This document shows positions 28,697-38,708 of a stretch of DNA of 64,000 bases, one piece after another. The DNA lies in contig JAYZFV010000056.1 of assembly GCA_036336595.1 (NCBI GenBank), positions 907-64,906 of the forward strand. The letters run 5' to 3'. The notes below the pieces were generated by a model. It saw nothing but the letters and a program-made list of their open reading frames with translations, did not search any database and was not told where the DNA came from. The translations under genes were made by a program, and so were the position numbers. Each line of letters opens with the position of its first letter. Within the stretch, counting starts at the first letter, position 1. Source of the stretch: Thermoplasmatota archaeon (GTDB lineage Archaea > Thermoplasmatota > Poseidoniia > Poseidoniales > Thalassarchaeaceae).

Positions 28697-29656
28697 CTAA
28701 CGCCTCCTCAGAACGATTACCAAAGCCACGATCAGAATGACTAGGATTACGGATCCACCAATCACGTAAGGCTCCTCGTCCTCGGAGATGCCGAGGTCCT
28801 CGAGAAGGGTGCCATTCTGACCAAACCCGATGTCAGTCACGCCCGACTCCTTGGCATTCACCGTCAAAGTCAGTGAATCCTCCTGCTGGCACGATTGTGC
28901 AGTAACTGTCCTCTCATCGACGATTACGAGGCACCCATTCCACGGATCAGCTAGGTTCACAGGGGTCGTTACTAGGAACTGGCAATTGCTCATGCCGTTA
29001 CCGTTTGAGATTTGAACCTCGCAATCCTGCTCGCTCACGTCATTGAAGCCAGAGGGCCACATCTCCTCCTGGCTCGATCCATCGCTAACTATGTGCAACT
29101 CCACCTTGAGGCCCTGGTCTCTGTTGCTCTCACAGGAGTATGAGGCGCTGACTGAGACGTCCTCCCCGGCCTCAACCGTCAACGAGCTTTGGCCATAAGC
29201 AACTCCACAGTCGATGAACTCAGGTACGATGGCGTCTAGAGAGTAGGTTTCGTTCTCGGTGATGAATCCCACTGGTATTCCTCCCACAGCACTCGTGACC
29301 TGCGCAGAGACGGTCAACTCGTAAGTACCGACTTCGACGCTTTTGTCGACGAGCATGGTGACTTCGAAACTCACCGTGGCACCCGATTCCACAGTGATAG
29401 AATTCGGCCCGTCAGCATCTATAGAAGCAGTATCGTAGCCAATCGTGACGTCTTCGGAATACGCGGTCGGATTCTCCACCGTGCAGTGAACCTGAGCGCT
29501 ATCCGTAGTGGAAGAGAACTCGAACTCAATCTGCGACTCGACGCAATCGAGGTTGATGGAGGGGAAGACCTGATCCTGGGCCGAAGCGACCGGGGCAGCC
29601 AGACTCGCCGCAAGCAGAACTGCGACCCAGAGAGCTCTCGATAGCCACCCCTCCAT
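28697..29656 (-). CDS. Secreted Ig-like surface protein with C-terminal membrane anchor (resembles choice-of-anchor T family)
   Basis: Signal peptide from MEGWLSRALW, HCTVENPTAYSE, paired Cys, C-terminal TM followed by RRR. Family name is from recall only. Confidence 0.6.
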   Translation of the reverse strand: MEGWLSRALWVAVLLAASLAAPVASAQDQVFPSINLDCVESQIEFEFSSTTDSAQVHCTVENPTAYSEDVTIGYDTASIDADGPNSITVESGATVSFEVTMLVDKSVEVGTYELTVSAQVTSAVGGIPVGFITENETYSLDAIVPEFIDCGVAYGQSSLTVEAGEDVSVSASYSCESNRDQGLKVELHIVSDGSSQEEMWPSGFNDVSEQDCEVQISNGNGMSNCQFLVTTPVNLADPWNGCLVIVDERTVTAQSCQQEDSLTLTVNAKESGVTDIGFGQNGTLLEDLGISEDEEPYVIGGSVILVILIVALVIVLRRR

Positions 29657-29764
29657 GTCTGATTCGCCACTCCGCTCTGCCATAGATATTCGCACCTCCG
29701 GCTCGGCAACCAAGCGAATTCGCTGCTCAAAGCATTCATGTCGCCCCCTCTCCGCGAATAGACC

Positions 29765-31333
29765 ATGAGCGAGGGTGCAGACCGGCCCAAGGTCGTCATC
29801 GTCCCTGAGCACACCAAAGTCACAAGCGGCACCGAGGTTCAGGAGAAGCTAATCATCGCCGCCCGTGTATTCTCCGACCTGCTCAAGCCGACATTCGGCC
29901 CAAGGGGACTCGACAAGATGCTCTACAAGACCGACGGCGCAACCGCGGTCACGAACGACGGCGCTAAGATCGTCGCCGAGCTCCTCGTCAGGCACCCAGC
30001 GGCGAAGATGATGGTCTCGATGGCCAACTCTCAGGAGGAGGATTGCGGCGATGGCGTTACCACCACGATGCTAATCTGCGGCTCACTGCTGATTGAGGCT
30101 AACACCCTGCTGCGCAAAGGGCTCCACCCGCTTACCCTCGTTGACGGCTACGCCCTCGCCCTCGAGGCGGCTCGTGAGCAGATGAGTGCCGATGAACGAG
30201 AGTCAGACAAGCCCGGTCTAGTGGCCGTGGCCGAGACAGCCCTTCGCGGCAAGGTCGCCGAGTCCGCTCTGGACCTCTTCGCCCCGATGATCGTCGAGGC
30301 GCTCTCCATTGTCTCAAAAAATCGCGAGGGCGCGGGCGCTGAGCACGTCACAATGCACAAGACAGGCACCGGTGGACTGAGAGACTCTCGCTTGGTCAGC
30401 GGTATCATCGTCAACAGGCGGGTGATAATGGATGGACTTCCCAACGACTTGAGTGACGCCAAAGTCGCCTGCCTAGACGGGGACCTCAAGATGAGGGAGC
30501 TGACTAGGGACATCGAGATCAAGATCACCAATGCAGGCGAACTGGACTCTTTCGTCGAAGCCGAGCACGAGCGCAGGGATGCGATTGCCGCGAGCGTCAT
30601 CGGCAGCGGAGCGAGCGCCGTGTTATGCTCCGGTGAGATCGACAGGGACATCCTACACCGTCTTGCAGATTCGGGCGTCCTCGCCGTCGGCGAGTTGGAC
30701 TCAAGTGAGATACGCAACGCATCCGAGGCTCTGGGTGCGAGGTTGGTCGACTCGCCCTTGGATCTTGAGGCCTCGGATTTGGGTCACTGCGGCCGACTCT
30801 CGTGGGAGAGGCGAGAGGAATCAGACAGCGTAGAGGACGTGATTCGTATCGAGAACTGCCCAAGCCCCGCCATCGTTACCATAGAAGTGGGAGGGGCCGG
30901 CGAGACTGGAACTGAGGAGGTCATTCGCGGGCTGCACGACTCCTTACGAGCAACCTCGCTGGCATTCGATGAGGAACTGCTGCCCGGAGCAGGTTCCATC
31001 CACGCTAGGATGGCCCACGCGGTTAGAAGGGCATTGGAGTCTCAGGGAGGCCGGGAGAGGCTCGCCATGGAGGCGTTTGCCAGAGCACTTGAGACGATAC
31101 CCGCAACCCTATCGGAAAACGGAGGCGACGATCCCCTAGACCGCGTGCTGGAGCTCCGAGCCGCTGCGAGGGAGGGAACCGCCCCGGTGGGAATTTCCCC
31201 AGAAGGCAAGACTTGGGAGGTCAATGGCGTCTTGCACCCTCGTTCGGTCATAGAGAACTCTCTCGTCTCCGCTACCGGGACCGCGATGAGCATGCTCCGA
31301 ATCGATCAGGTCATCTCGGCACGAGGCGACTAG
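29765..31333 (+). CDS. Group II chaperonin (thermosome) subunit, divergent
   Basis: GPRGLDKML, TNDGAKI, HPAAK, GDGVTT, LHDSL, LRIDQVI. Confidence 0.9.
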   Translation: MSEGADRPKVVIVPEHTKVTSGTEVQEKLIIAARVFSDLLKPTFGPRGLDKMLYKTDGATAVTNDGAKIVAELLVRHPAAKMMVSMANSQEEDCGDGVTTTMLICGSLLIEANTLLRKGLHPLTLVDGYALALEAAREQMSADERESDKPGLVAVAETALRGKVAESALDLFAPMIVEALSIVSKNREGAGAEHVTMHKTGTGGLRDSRLVSGIIVNRRVIMDGLPNDLSDAKVACLDGDLKMRELTRDIEIKITNAGELDSFVEAEHERRDAIAASVIGSGASAVLCSGEIDRDILHRLADSGVLAVGELDSSEIRNASEALGARLVDSPLDLEASDLGHCGRLSWERREESDSVEDVIRIENCPSPAIVTIEVGGAGETGTEEVIRGLHDSLRATSLAFDEELLPGAGSIHARMAHAVRRALESQGGRERLAMEAFARALETIPATLSENGGDDPLDRVLELRAAAREGTAPVGISPEGKTWEVNGVLHPRSVIENSLVSATGTAMSMLRIDQVISARGD

Positions 31334-31379
31334 GGCTGTGGACGCGAACCATTCAAGACCGCCGCACTCACGCGAAATC

Positions 31380-32969
31380 ATGGTCTCGCCGCGCGCCCTG
31401 CTGAGCGTCTGGGATAAGTCAGGAATCGAGGACCTCGGAGTGGCTCTCGCAGGCATGGGCTGGGAGTTGCTGTCCACAGGTGGAACTGCACGCGCACTCA
31501 GTGAATCGGGACTGGAAGTCAAAGAAGTGAGCGAAGACACCGGCCACCCGGAGGCCTTCGATGGCCGCGTCAAGACGCTTCACCCCGCCGTCCACGGCGG
31601 AATCCTCGCACGTCGTGATCACAAGGAAGACATGGACACCCTCTCAGATCTAGGATACGGAACAATCGACCTTGTGTGCGTCAATCTGTATCCCTTTGAA
31701 GCGGTCGCCGCGCGCGATCCCCCCGCGCCCATTGACGAACTCATCGAGATGATCGATATCGGCGGGCCGACCATGATTCGTTCAGCCGCCAAGAACCACC
31801 GCGACGTGCTGGTGCTCACCCATCCCGACCAGTATCCCGGAGTGCTGGACGCTCTCGCCACCGCTGACGGCAGCCCATCGGGAGTCGACGACGAGGCCCG
31901 AGAGGAGTTGGCGCTCGCCGCCTACCAGAGGACTACGGCCTACGATGCGGCGGTCTCCAACGAACTTGAGGGCAGGTTCGCAGACTCGGACGTGCCCTCT
32001 CGCATCCTCCTCGCATCCGGTTTGGGAACCAGACTGCGCTACGGCGAGAACCCCCACCAGCCCGCCGCGTTCTACCCCGAATCCTCAGTATCCGGACCAT
32101 CGGGCCTCGCAGCAGCTGCCCAGCACTGCGGGAAGGAACTATCGTACAACAACTACCTCGACCTCGACGGTGCCCTGCGCCTCGGACGTTCCCTCTATGC
32201 CACCTACTCTGGCGAGTCCCATTGCTGCATCCTCGTCAAGCACACCAATCCCTGTGGCGCAGCTGTCGACGTCACTCAGATCGACGCGTGGCGAAACGCA
32301 CTGGCAAGTGATTCCGAGAGTGCGTTCGGCTGCGTCATCGCCTTCACTAAACCGGTAGAAAAGGGGACTGCTGAGGCGATAGGGGGCCATTTCTTCGAGT
32401 GCATGATCGCGCCGGGCTACGAACCGGGGGCACTGGACATCCTCTCCGCCAAGAAGAACCGCAGGATTCTCACTCTAGACCCGTTCAAGCCGAGGGTAGA
32501 TGAGGTCAGGCTGCGACAGATCGATGGAGGCTGGCTGTCCCAGATGCAGGGTCCACCAAAGATTGACTGGGACGAGGTGAGTTGTGTAACCGAGCGACAG
32601 GTCGGCACCCCTGAGGTCACTCTGGCCCGTTTTGGCTCAGCGGTTCTAGCAGAGGTCAAGTCTAACGCGATCATTCTGGTTGCGAGGACAGAGACAGGCT
32701 GCGCGACGGTAGGCGTTGGCCCGGGCCAGACCAGCAGGGTCGAGGCGGTGAGGATCGCTGCCCATAGGGCGAGCGGGCGAGCACAGGGATCCATGATGGT
32801 CTCGGATGCCTTCTTCCCGTTCAGGGATGGCATCGATGCGGCTCACGAGGCCGGTGTGGCCGTCGTGGTACAACCAGGCGGCTCGGTGCGTGACCAGGAA
32901 TCGATAGACGCAGCCAACGAGCACGGCATGGCCATGCTCCTCACTGGAACCAGACTGTTCCTCCACTGA
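31380..32969 (+). CDS. purH: Bifunctional AICAR transformylase/IMP cyclohydrolase
   Basis: [57 protein letters not shown]. Confidence 0.96.
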   Translation: MVSPRALLSVWDKSGIEDLGVALAGMGWELLSTGGTARALSESGLEVKEVSEDTGHPEAFDGRVKTLHPAVHGGILARRDHKEDMDTLSDLGYGTIDLVCVNLYPFEAVAARDPPAPIDELIEMIDIGGPTMIRSAAKNHRDVLVLTHPDQYPGVLDALATADGSPSGVDDEAREELALAAYQRTTAYDAAVSNELEGRFADSDVPSRILLASGLGTRLRYGENPHQPAAFYPESSVSGPSGLAAAAQHCGKELSYNNYLDLDGALRLGRSLYATYSGESHCCILVKHTNPCGAAVDVTQIDAWRNALASDSESAFGCVIAFTKPVEKGTAEAIGGHFFECMIAPGYEPGALDILSAKKNRRILTLDPFKPRVDEVRLRQIDGGWLSQMQGPPKIDWDEVSCVTERQVGTPEVTLARFGSAVLAEVKSNAIILVARTETGCATVGVGPGQTSRVEAVRIAAHRASGRAQGSMMVSDAFFPFRDGIDAAHEAGVAVVVQPGGSVRDQESIDAANEHGMAMLLTGTRLFLH

Positions 32970-33042
32970 GTCAGCCCTGCCCCCATCTCGTCATTCACCA
33001 CGAGCGGCGGCACCATCATACCCCAGACTCATATGGCGATGC

Positions 33043-34080
33043 ATGACCCCTGACTCCCCGGGTCCGCCGAATGCTTACGACGATGTCGTCTCCGCTATCG
33101 GAAACACCCCACTAATCAGGCTCAACCGCCTCACTGAAGGGTTGCAGACCTCATCCGTCTGGGTCAAGTTGGAACGCTGCAATCCAGGCGGTTCCATCAA
33201 GGACAGGATTGGCTTGCAGATGGTCCTAGACGCCGAGTCCAAGGGGTTGCTGAAACCAGGGGGAGTGATCGTCGAAGCGACCTCTGGCAATACAGGAATG
33301 GGGTTGGCAATCGTGGCAGCACAGCGAGGGTACCGCTGCATCTTCACCATCCCCGACAAGATGAGCGACGAGAAGATCACATTGCTGCGGGCGATAGGCG
33401 CCGAGGTGCACGTTTGTCCCGCCGCGGTCGAGAAGGAGGACCCTCGCTCCTACTACGAGGTCGCGGCTCGCTTGGCCAGGGAGATTCCTGGTGCCTGGTA
33501 TCCTGACCAGTATTCGCATCAGGCCAACCCGCTGGCCCACCTGCTCTCCACCGGTCCTGAGATTTGGGAGCAGACTGGGGGCAGATTGACCCACTTCGTG
33601 GCGACGATGGGAACGGGTGGCACGATTACGGGAACCGCACGTGCACTGAGGGATCTGGCCGAATCCAACGGTCGAAATCCACCGATGATCGTAGGTGTCG
33701 ACGCAACCGGCTCCATTCTGAAACAATGGTTTGAGGAAGGCACCGTGGGTATGGCCCACGCCTACAAGGTAGAAGGCTTCGGGGAGGATTTTATCCCCGC
33801 GGCCACCGATTTCTCACTAATCGACGAGATACACCAGGTCGACGACGGCACGTGCTTCCGCTGGGCTAGAGCTTTGGCTAAGCGCGAGGGAATGTTCTGC
33901 GGGGGCTCGTGCGGCGGGGCGATCAAGGTGGCCCTCGATATCGCCGAGCGAGCCGATGCGGCCGGCGAGGCAGCGATGATTGTGGCCATCCTCCCGGATG
34001 CGGGCAATCCATACCTCTCCAAATTCTACGACGATGAGTGGCTGTTGGAGAACGGATGGGACCCGAAGGACTGGGAGTGA
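33043..34080 (+). CDS. Cystathionine beta-synthase / cysteine synthase family (catalytic domain only)
   Basis: NPGGSIKDR, EATSGNTG, GTGGT, YKVEGFGEDFIP (CBS-like). Confidence 0.88.
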   Translation: MTPDSPGPPNAYDDVVSAIGNTPLIRLNRLTEGLQTSSVWVKLERCNPGGSIKDRIGLQMVLDAESKGLLKPGGVIVEATSGNTGMGLAIVAAQRGYRCIFTIPDKMSDEKITLLRAIGAEVHVCPAAVEKEDPRSYYEVAARLAREIPGAWYPDQYSHQANPLAHLLSTGPEIWEQTGGRLTHFVATMGTGGTITGTARALRDLAESNGRNPPMIVGVDATGSILKQWFEEGTVGMAHAYKVEGFGEDFIPAATDFSLIDEIHQVDDGTCFRWARALAKREGMFCGGSCGGAIKVALDIAERADAAGEAAMIVAILPDAGNPYLSKFYDDEWLLENGWDPKDWE

Positions 34081-34086
34081 ATCGCT

Positions 34087-35229
34087 TCAGGCACTCTTGA
34101 AGGCCTGTTCCAAATCGGCGATTATGTCATCCGGGTCCTCGACTCCGACAGACAGGCGCACCAGTCCGTCGGAGAAACCGCGAGCCAGCCTCTCTTCCTG
34201 AGGAACCTCTGCATGGGTCATGGTGGCCGGGTGGGTGATCATCGTCTCCACCGAACCCAGACTCTCAGCCAGCAGACACAACTCCACGGAATTCATCAAC
34301 GCCTTTCCTGATTCCAAACCACCCTCCAGCTCGAAGGAAATCATTCCGCTGTACCCGCTCATCTGCTCGACTGCAATCTGATGGCCTGGATGGGAGACCA
34401 GGCCGGGATACGTCACCTTCGCCACCTTGGAGTGCCCCTCTAGATAAGCAGCCACCTTCTCAGCATTCTCCCAGTGACGCTGCATTCTCAGATGCAGCGT
34501 CTTGAGACCGAGAATTGTGAGCCAGCAGTCGAACGGGCCAGGAACGGCCCCCACGGTCTTCTGGATGAACTTCAGCCTCTCGTAGAGGTCATCGCGGTTG
34601 GTAATGACCGCGCCGCCGATTAGTTGGTTGTGCCCACTGAGATACTTCGTGGTGCTGTGCAGGACTATGTCAACGCCATACTCGAGGGGTTTGATGAATA
34701 CCGGGGTGGCGAAGGTCGAATCAACCACATACAGTAGATCGTGCTCCTTGGCGATTTTGCCCACTGCATCCAGATCGGTGATTCTGAGCAACGGGTTGGT
34801 GGGCGTCTCTATCCAGATCATCTTCGTCTCGGGCCTGATGGCCGCTTCCACGTTCGTCGCGTCTTGGGAGTCCACATACGAGAAATGCATGTCATAATTC
34901 ACCAACAGTCGATTGAAATGGCGCGAAGTGCCGCCATAGACATCATCCGAGCAAATGACGTGGTCGCCGGATCCGAGCAGTTTCAGACAACTGTCCACAC
35001 TTGCCATCCCACTGGAGAAGGCCACTCCGTATCTACCCCCTTCAATGGCGGCAAGATGCTCCTCCAACACCTGGCGGGTCGGGTTGGATGATCTGGTGTA
35101 ATCGAAGCCCTTGTCCCGACCCACTTCTTCCAAAACATAGGTTGCAGTCTGATATAGAGGGGGAATAATCGCCCCCGTGGTAGGGTCGGGCTCACTGCGT
35201 CCTCTCACTATTGTCGTGTCGAATTCCAT
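34087..35229 (-). CDS. Cystathionine gamma-lyase/synthase
   Basis: FDYTRSSNPTR, FSSGMA, ETPTNPLL, HSTTKYLSGH, LAESLGSVE, RLSVGVED. Confidence 0.9.
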   Translation of the reverse strand: MEFDTTIVRGRSEPDPTTGAIIPPLYQTATYVLEEVGRDKGFDYTRSSNPTRQVLEEHLAAIEGGRYGVAFSSGMASVDSCLKLLGSGDHVICSDDVYGGTSRHFNRLLVNYDMHFSYVDSQDATNVEAAIRPETKMIWIETPTNPLLRITDLDAVGKIAKEHDLLYVVDSTFATPVFIKPLEYGVDIVLHSTTKYLSGHNQLIGGAVITNRDDLYERLKFIQKTVGAVPGPFDCWLTILGLKTLHLRMQRHWENAEKVAAYLEGHSKVAKVTYPGLVSHPGHQIAVEQMSGYSGMISFELEGGLESGKALMNSVELCLLAESLGSVETMITHPATMTHAEVPQEERLARGFSDGLVRLSVGVEDPDDIIADLEQAFKSA

Positions 35230-35304
35230 GCCATCCCTCATCCAATGCGTCAAGCAATCTAGCAAAAGTGTTTCAGTGCAACGACCCCATCCAGTAGAGT
35301 TGGA

Positions 35305-35820
35305 TCACTTGCGAGTCGGGACCTTGAAGCCGACGTACCACACTCCAATAATCCCGACTAGGATGATCGTTCCAGCGCCGAAACCAGGATCTGCCCCATT
35401 CCACGTCGTAGGATTGGTCAGCACCCCCTCCCCTCGCGTTGATACGTGCCAAACGAAGTAAGCCGAGAGGGACGTCATCAAGGCGATGAATCCGACGGTG
35501 ACGTACTTGGCGTGCTGGGGAATGGTTTTGCCAGAGGCGTAGTACTCGAACATCGCGGCCCCGAAGTAGGGATTGGTCAGTGTCTTGCGAAACATCCTCT
35601 CGCTGGAGAGTGAGAACAGAAAGGCAGCCGGGACCGCCCAGGAGACGGTAGGCCACCCGGGAATCCAGATGCCGATAACCGCGAACGCGAGGAAGAGCGT
35701 TCCGATGCCGACGTACAGCCTGCCCTTGCCAGGAGTACTCGCCACGCAGTAGCGCTCGACAATCTCATCGACGGTCTGCAGCCTATCCACAGCGGACCCT
35801 CCAGTGGGTTGCCGACGCAT
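35305..35820 (-). CDS. YbaN/DUF454 family membrane protein
   Basis: IGIWIPGWPT...AAFLFSLSSERM...NPYFG. Start uncertain. Confidence 0.75.
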   Translation of the reverse strand: MRRQPTGGSAVDRLQTVDEIVERYCVASTPGKGRLYVGIGTLFLAFAVIGIWIPGWPTVSWAVPAAFLFSLSSERMFRKTLTNPYFGAAMFEYYASGKTIPQHAKYVTVGFIALMTSLSAYFVWHVSTRGEGVLTNPTTWNGADPGFGAGTIILVGIIGVWYVGFKVPTRK

Positions 35821-35912
35821 CACGTGTATAAGGCCAGATGTACCACCTCGCGACCCTCTCTGCGAACATGTTCGTGCCGAACCCTCAAGCGCGCCCTGCC
35901 CCTCAACGTGCC

Positions 35913-36548
35913 ATGCGCTTGGGTTACGTACTGCCACGAGCAGCCATTCCCGAGGACCCGATTCGCATCGCGGTCTTGATTTCTGGAGGTGGTTCTGGCC
36001 TTGAGGCCCTGCTGAACTACCAGCATGACCAGCCGCGCTGCCACCGAACCATCCTCGTGCTCGCTGACAGCCCGCACGCGGGCGGTTTGGAGCACGGTAG
36101 CAGACACGGCGTAAAATCCGTCAGCGTCCCATTGCCCATGGAGATCAACAAACCCGAACGACGTGTCGCACACGAGCATTTGGTACACGGCGAACTGGTC
36201 GCTTCGGATGTCGAACTCGTAGTGCTGAGTGGCTACATGCGCATCCTCACCCCCTGGTTCGTGTCACGCTGGAAGGGGCGTCTGGTCAACATCCACCCCT
36301 CTTTGTTGCCGGACTTCCCAGGTGCACATGCGCACAGGGATGCCCTAGCAGCTGGGGCCAGCGTCACTGGGTGCACGGTGCACCTAGTCGACGAGCGCGT
36401 CGATTCGGGACCGATTCTCGCGCAGAGTCAGGTGGAGGTGCTACCCGGTGACGACGAGGAGGCCCTGCAGGAGCGCGTCAAGAGGGCCGAGCACGTCCTC
36501 TACCCGAAGACTCTCGACCGGCTATGCTCAGGACAGGTCTTGCTCTAG
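35913..36548 (+). CDS. purN: Phosphoribosylglycinamide formyltransferase
   Basis: IAVLISGGGSG, LSGYMRIL, NIHPSLLP, GCTVHLVDERVDSGPI. Start uncertain (35838-35913). Confidence 0.95.
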   Translation: MRLGYVLPRAAIPEDPIRIAVLISGGGSGLEALLNYQHDQPRCHRTILVLADSPHAGGLEHGSRHGVKSVSVPLPMEINKPERRVAHEHLVHGELVASDVELVVLSGYMRILTPWFVSRWKGRLVNIHPSLLPDFPGAHAHRDALAAGASVTGCTVHLVDERVDSGPILAQSQVEVLPGDDEEALQERVKRAEHVLYPKTLDRLCSGQVLL

Positions 36549-37106
36549 GTCCTCTGGACGGTTGACGTTCCGTAGCACTTGCGGATCCTCCACAAGCACG
36601 GAGTGCTGTGTCTCTGAGAACTGGACGTGAAGCGGTCTCCGGTCACCACCACCAATCATTTTGAGGATTCGCTGCGGACGAATCAGTGCCAACAGGGGGT
36701 GCGGCCTCTCTCCGTCATGAGGCATGATTAATGCGTCCCGTTCACCGAGCCCTTCCTCCAGCGACCAGAACAGCTCGGCGGAGATCCAAGGCACGTCTAC
36801 GGGAGCTAGTTGCATGGTTTCTAGATCCTCGCATTGCGGGTCCTCCAGAGCTTCGACCAAAGCGTCGATTGGACCCGCGTGGATACTTCCGTCCAAGACC
36901 CACTCGACTTGTAGCTCCTCATTGATCACAGTTCCGTACCTATCAACATCTTCGGGCCTTGCAACAGCGATTCTGATGGGCTCCCTGCCAGCCTCCGCTA
37001 GAACCCTCGCCACTCTCGCAATCATGGCTTCACCATCGACTTTGACGAGTGCTTTGTCTTCACCCATCCTTGAGGATCGCCCTCCGGCGAGTAACAGGGA
37101 ACGCAC
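36528..37106 (-). CDS. mobA: Molybdenum cofactor guanylyltransferase
   Basis: LLAGGRSSRMGEDKA, GP, PVDVP, HPLLA, NVNRPED. Confidence 0.85.
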   Translation of the reverse strand: MRSLLLAGGRSSRMGEDKALVKVDGEAMIARVARVLAEAGREPIRIAVARPEDVDRYGTVINEELQVEWVLDGSIHAGPIDALVEALEDPQCEDLETMQLAPVDVPWISAELFWSLEEGLGERDALIMPHDGERPHPLLALIRPQRILKMIGGGDRRPLHVQFSETQHSVLVEDPQVLRNVNRPEDLEQDLS

Positions 37107-37110
37107 CTTG

Positions 37111-37320
37111 TCACCTCAGGTCGTCCAATCGCCTAAGCGCGTACTGAATCTCCTCCATGAGATCGAGTGCCCTATGAATCAGAATTTGCCGGTCCTTGCG
37201 AGCCGAAGTCTCCGCGAGCCATCCCATCAGCTGTGAGATGTCCTGCGCATCTCGCTTGACCGTCCACTCGAGAACCTCCTCGGAAACCGGGTCATCGGAT
37301 GGAAGCAGGCGTTCGGCCAT
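37111..37320 (-). CDS. Small helical hypothetical protein
   Basis: 69-aa ORF tightly packed between co-oriented genes. GAGGTGA SD for mobA at its end. Confidence 0.6.
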   Translation of the reverse strand: MAERLLPSDDPVSEEVLEWTVKRDAQDISQLMGWLAETSARKDRQILIHRALDLMEEIQYALRRLDDLR

Positions 37321-37345
37321 GATTGCGAGAGTGGTCGGTGACGCA

Positions 37346-38005
37346 TCAGTCCTGCGGCTCCCTAGTCACAACTTTGTCCTTTATCCTGCCTAGGAGCGAG
37401 TCGCCGTCGGGAACTCGGACCCCTGACAACAACATAATCACATCATCGCTAGCAGTTGTCCCTTTGATGGTCCCGGCGTAAACCGTGATGAGCGCCAAGT
37501 GGGCTTCGACGAGTCTACCCCCACACCAAGATGCAAGCACTCCTTCACTAGGCATCGGTTTTCCCGCTCTGAGGAGCTCCTCGATGCTGAGCAGCAGCGC
37601 CTCTGCTGGCTCTCTCGAGCCCACCGATGTGGCGAGGGTGCTCCAGGGATCGATTCCTAGAAGGGCGTGATCGATGTTTGCTAGTAGCAGCGCTGCCAGC
37701 GCCACGTCTTCTCTCCCATGCCTCCTCCAGAGCCCGCCAATCAACTTGAGCAGGACCTCCTGCTGCTCGCCAGCCTCGGTTATGAGCCACGAGGCAATGC
37801 GCCTCAGCAGTTCGTCCGGAGTTCCTAGGTGGAATGCGTACCCGGCCGAGGCCCCCAGTCTGTCAGTGCTGGACTTCATGATCATCGCGGGCACGCCGAT
37901 GGGATATGCCTCGCGAACCACATTCGCCAGCCTCCTGTGGGAGCGATGCACACCGCCAGCCTGCCGTTCGAGGAATTCATCAAGAGGTCCTGTGCGACTC
38001 ATCAT
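37346..38005 (-). CDS. Hypothetical helical-repeat protein, weakly AlkD/HEAT-like
   Basis: FHLGTPDELLRRI...LWRRHGREDVALAALLL resembles the AlkD N-terminal repeats. Confidence 0.5.
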   Translation of the reverse strand: MMSRTGPLDEFLERQAGGVHRSHRRLANVVREAYPIGVPAMIMKSSTDRLGASAGYAFHLGTPDELLRRIASWLITEAGEQQEVLLKLIGGLWRRHGREDVALAALLLANIDHALLGIDPWSTLATSVGSREPAEALLLSIEELLRAGKPMPSEGVLASWCGGRLVEAHLALITVYAGTIKGTTASDDVIMLLSGVRVPDGDSLLGRIKDKVVTREPQD

Positions 38006-38505
38006 CCCTGTTCTTTCCTAGAGAGGATATTGATGTTGTCGAATATATCCCCCATCCTGTCAACGGAGTCCTTCAGCCTCATACGAAACTCCTCGATGAA
38101 CGTACGATGAACAATGTCCTCCAGTTGACGGTCTAGGCTCCGTGCTATCGCCCTGTGTTCGGACTCGTCAATGCCGAACATGCTCCTGAGGAACGCAATC
38201 TGGGCTAGAACGTCGTCAGACCTGTCTGTGTGAATCAACATTGCCTCGAGCACCTGCCCGTACACTAGCCTCATCTCCATATTGTCCAGAGCCTCGCCGC
38301 CCCGGGGTTCCTTGCCCTTCATTACGGCCTCGTAGATTGTCCCCGGCTCGTCGTCCTCTAGTTTCATGGCGTGAGCGAGCTTGACCAGCACCCTCTTCTC
38401 ACCATTGGACAACTGACCGTCCCGGAGTGCAAGCTTTGTGGCGTTCCAGAAGACCTTCCTTCGATTGGACTCGACCCCGCCCACACCGTCCGATGAAAGC
38501 CGCAT
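38002..38505 (-). CDS. Hypothetical protein with TerB-like helical repeats
   Basis: LALRDGQLSNGEKRVLVKLAHAMKL matches the TerB A.ADG.....E...L pattern. A second degenerate repeat follows. Confidence 0.55.
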   Translation of the reverse strand: MRLSSDGVGGVESNRRKVFWNATKLALRDGQLSNGEKRVLVKLAHAMKLEDDEPGTIYEAVMKGKEPRGGEALDNMEMRLVYGQVLEAMLIHTDRSDDVLAQIAFLRSMFGIDESEHRAIARSLDRQLEDIVHRTFIEEFRMRLKDSVDRMGDIFDNINILSRKEQG

Positions 38506-38544
38506 GACTTAACGACTGGGTCGACGGGGACCGTGCAAATCCAG

Positions 38545-38575
38545 TTATAATTGCTACAGGAGGCTTCATGAAGCC
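38545..38575 (+). promoter_or_regulatory. TATA box (TTATAA 38545-38550) plus perfect 14-bp palindrome GGCTTCATGAAGCC (38562-38575) upstream of dnaG
   Basis: Directly visible. The palindrome sits at the expected transcription start. Confidence 0.6.
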
Positions 38576-38576
38576 C

Positions 38577-38698
38577 CCTTGTCTCCGCCGGACTGCTTCT
38601 CAGCTCTACTCGGGGGCGCCCGGCGCCCATCCGAACCCCCCCGCCAGACTGGCGAAAACCGGGGGCAAGGCCCCGGTTTGGGGCCGAGCGGCAAGGAG
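38577..38698 (+). ncRNA. Candidate structured 5' leader RNA of dnaG
   Basis: Three hairpins plus closing helices visible by eye (see findings). Confidence 0.45.
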
Positions 38699-38708
38699 AA
38701 AAGAAAAC

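Noticed and set aside
1..37106. moeA, MOSC and mobA as a molybdenum-cofactor cluster
   Set aside because: The genes are 13-21 kb apart with unrelated genes between them, consistent with ordinary dispersed housekeeping.
38568..38708. N-terminal extension of DnaG in the ORF track
   Set aside because: Homology starts at MNEGKY, which has its own SD. The region looks like structured RNA instead.
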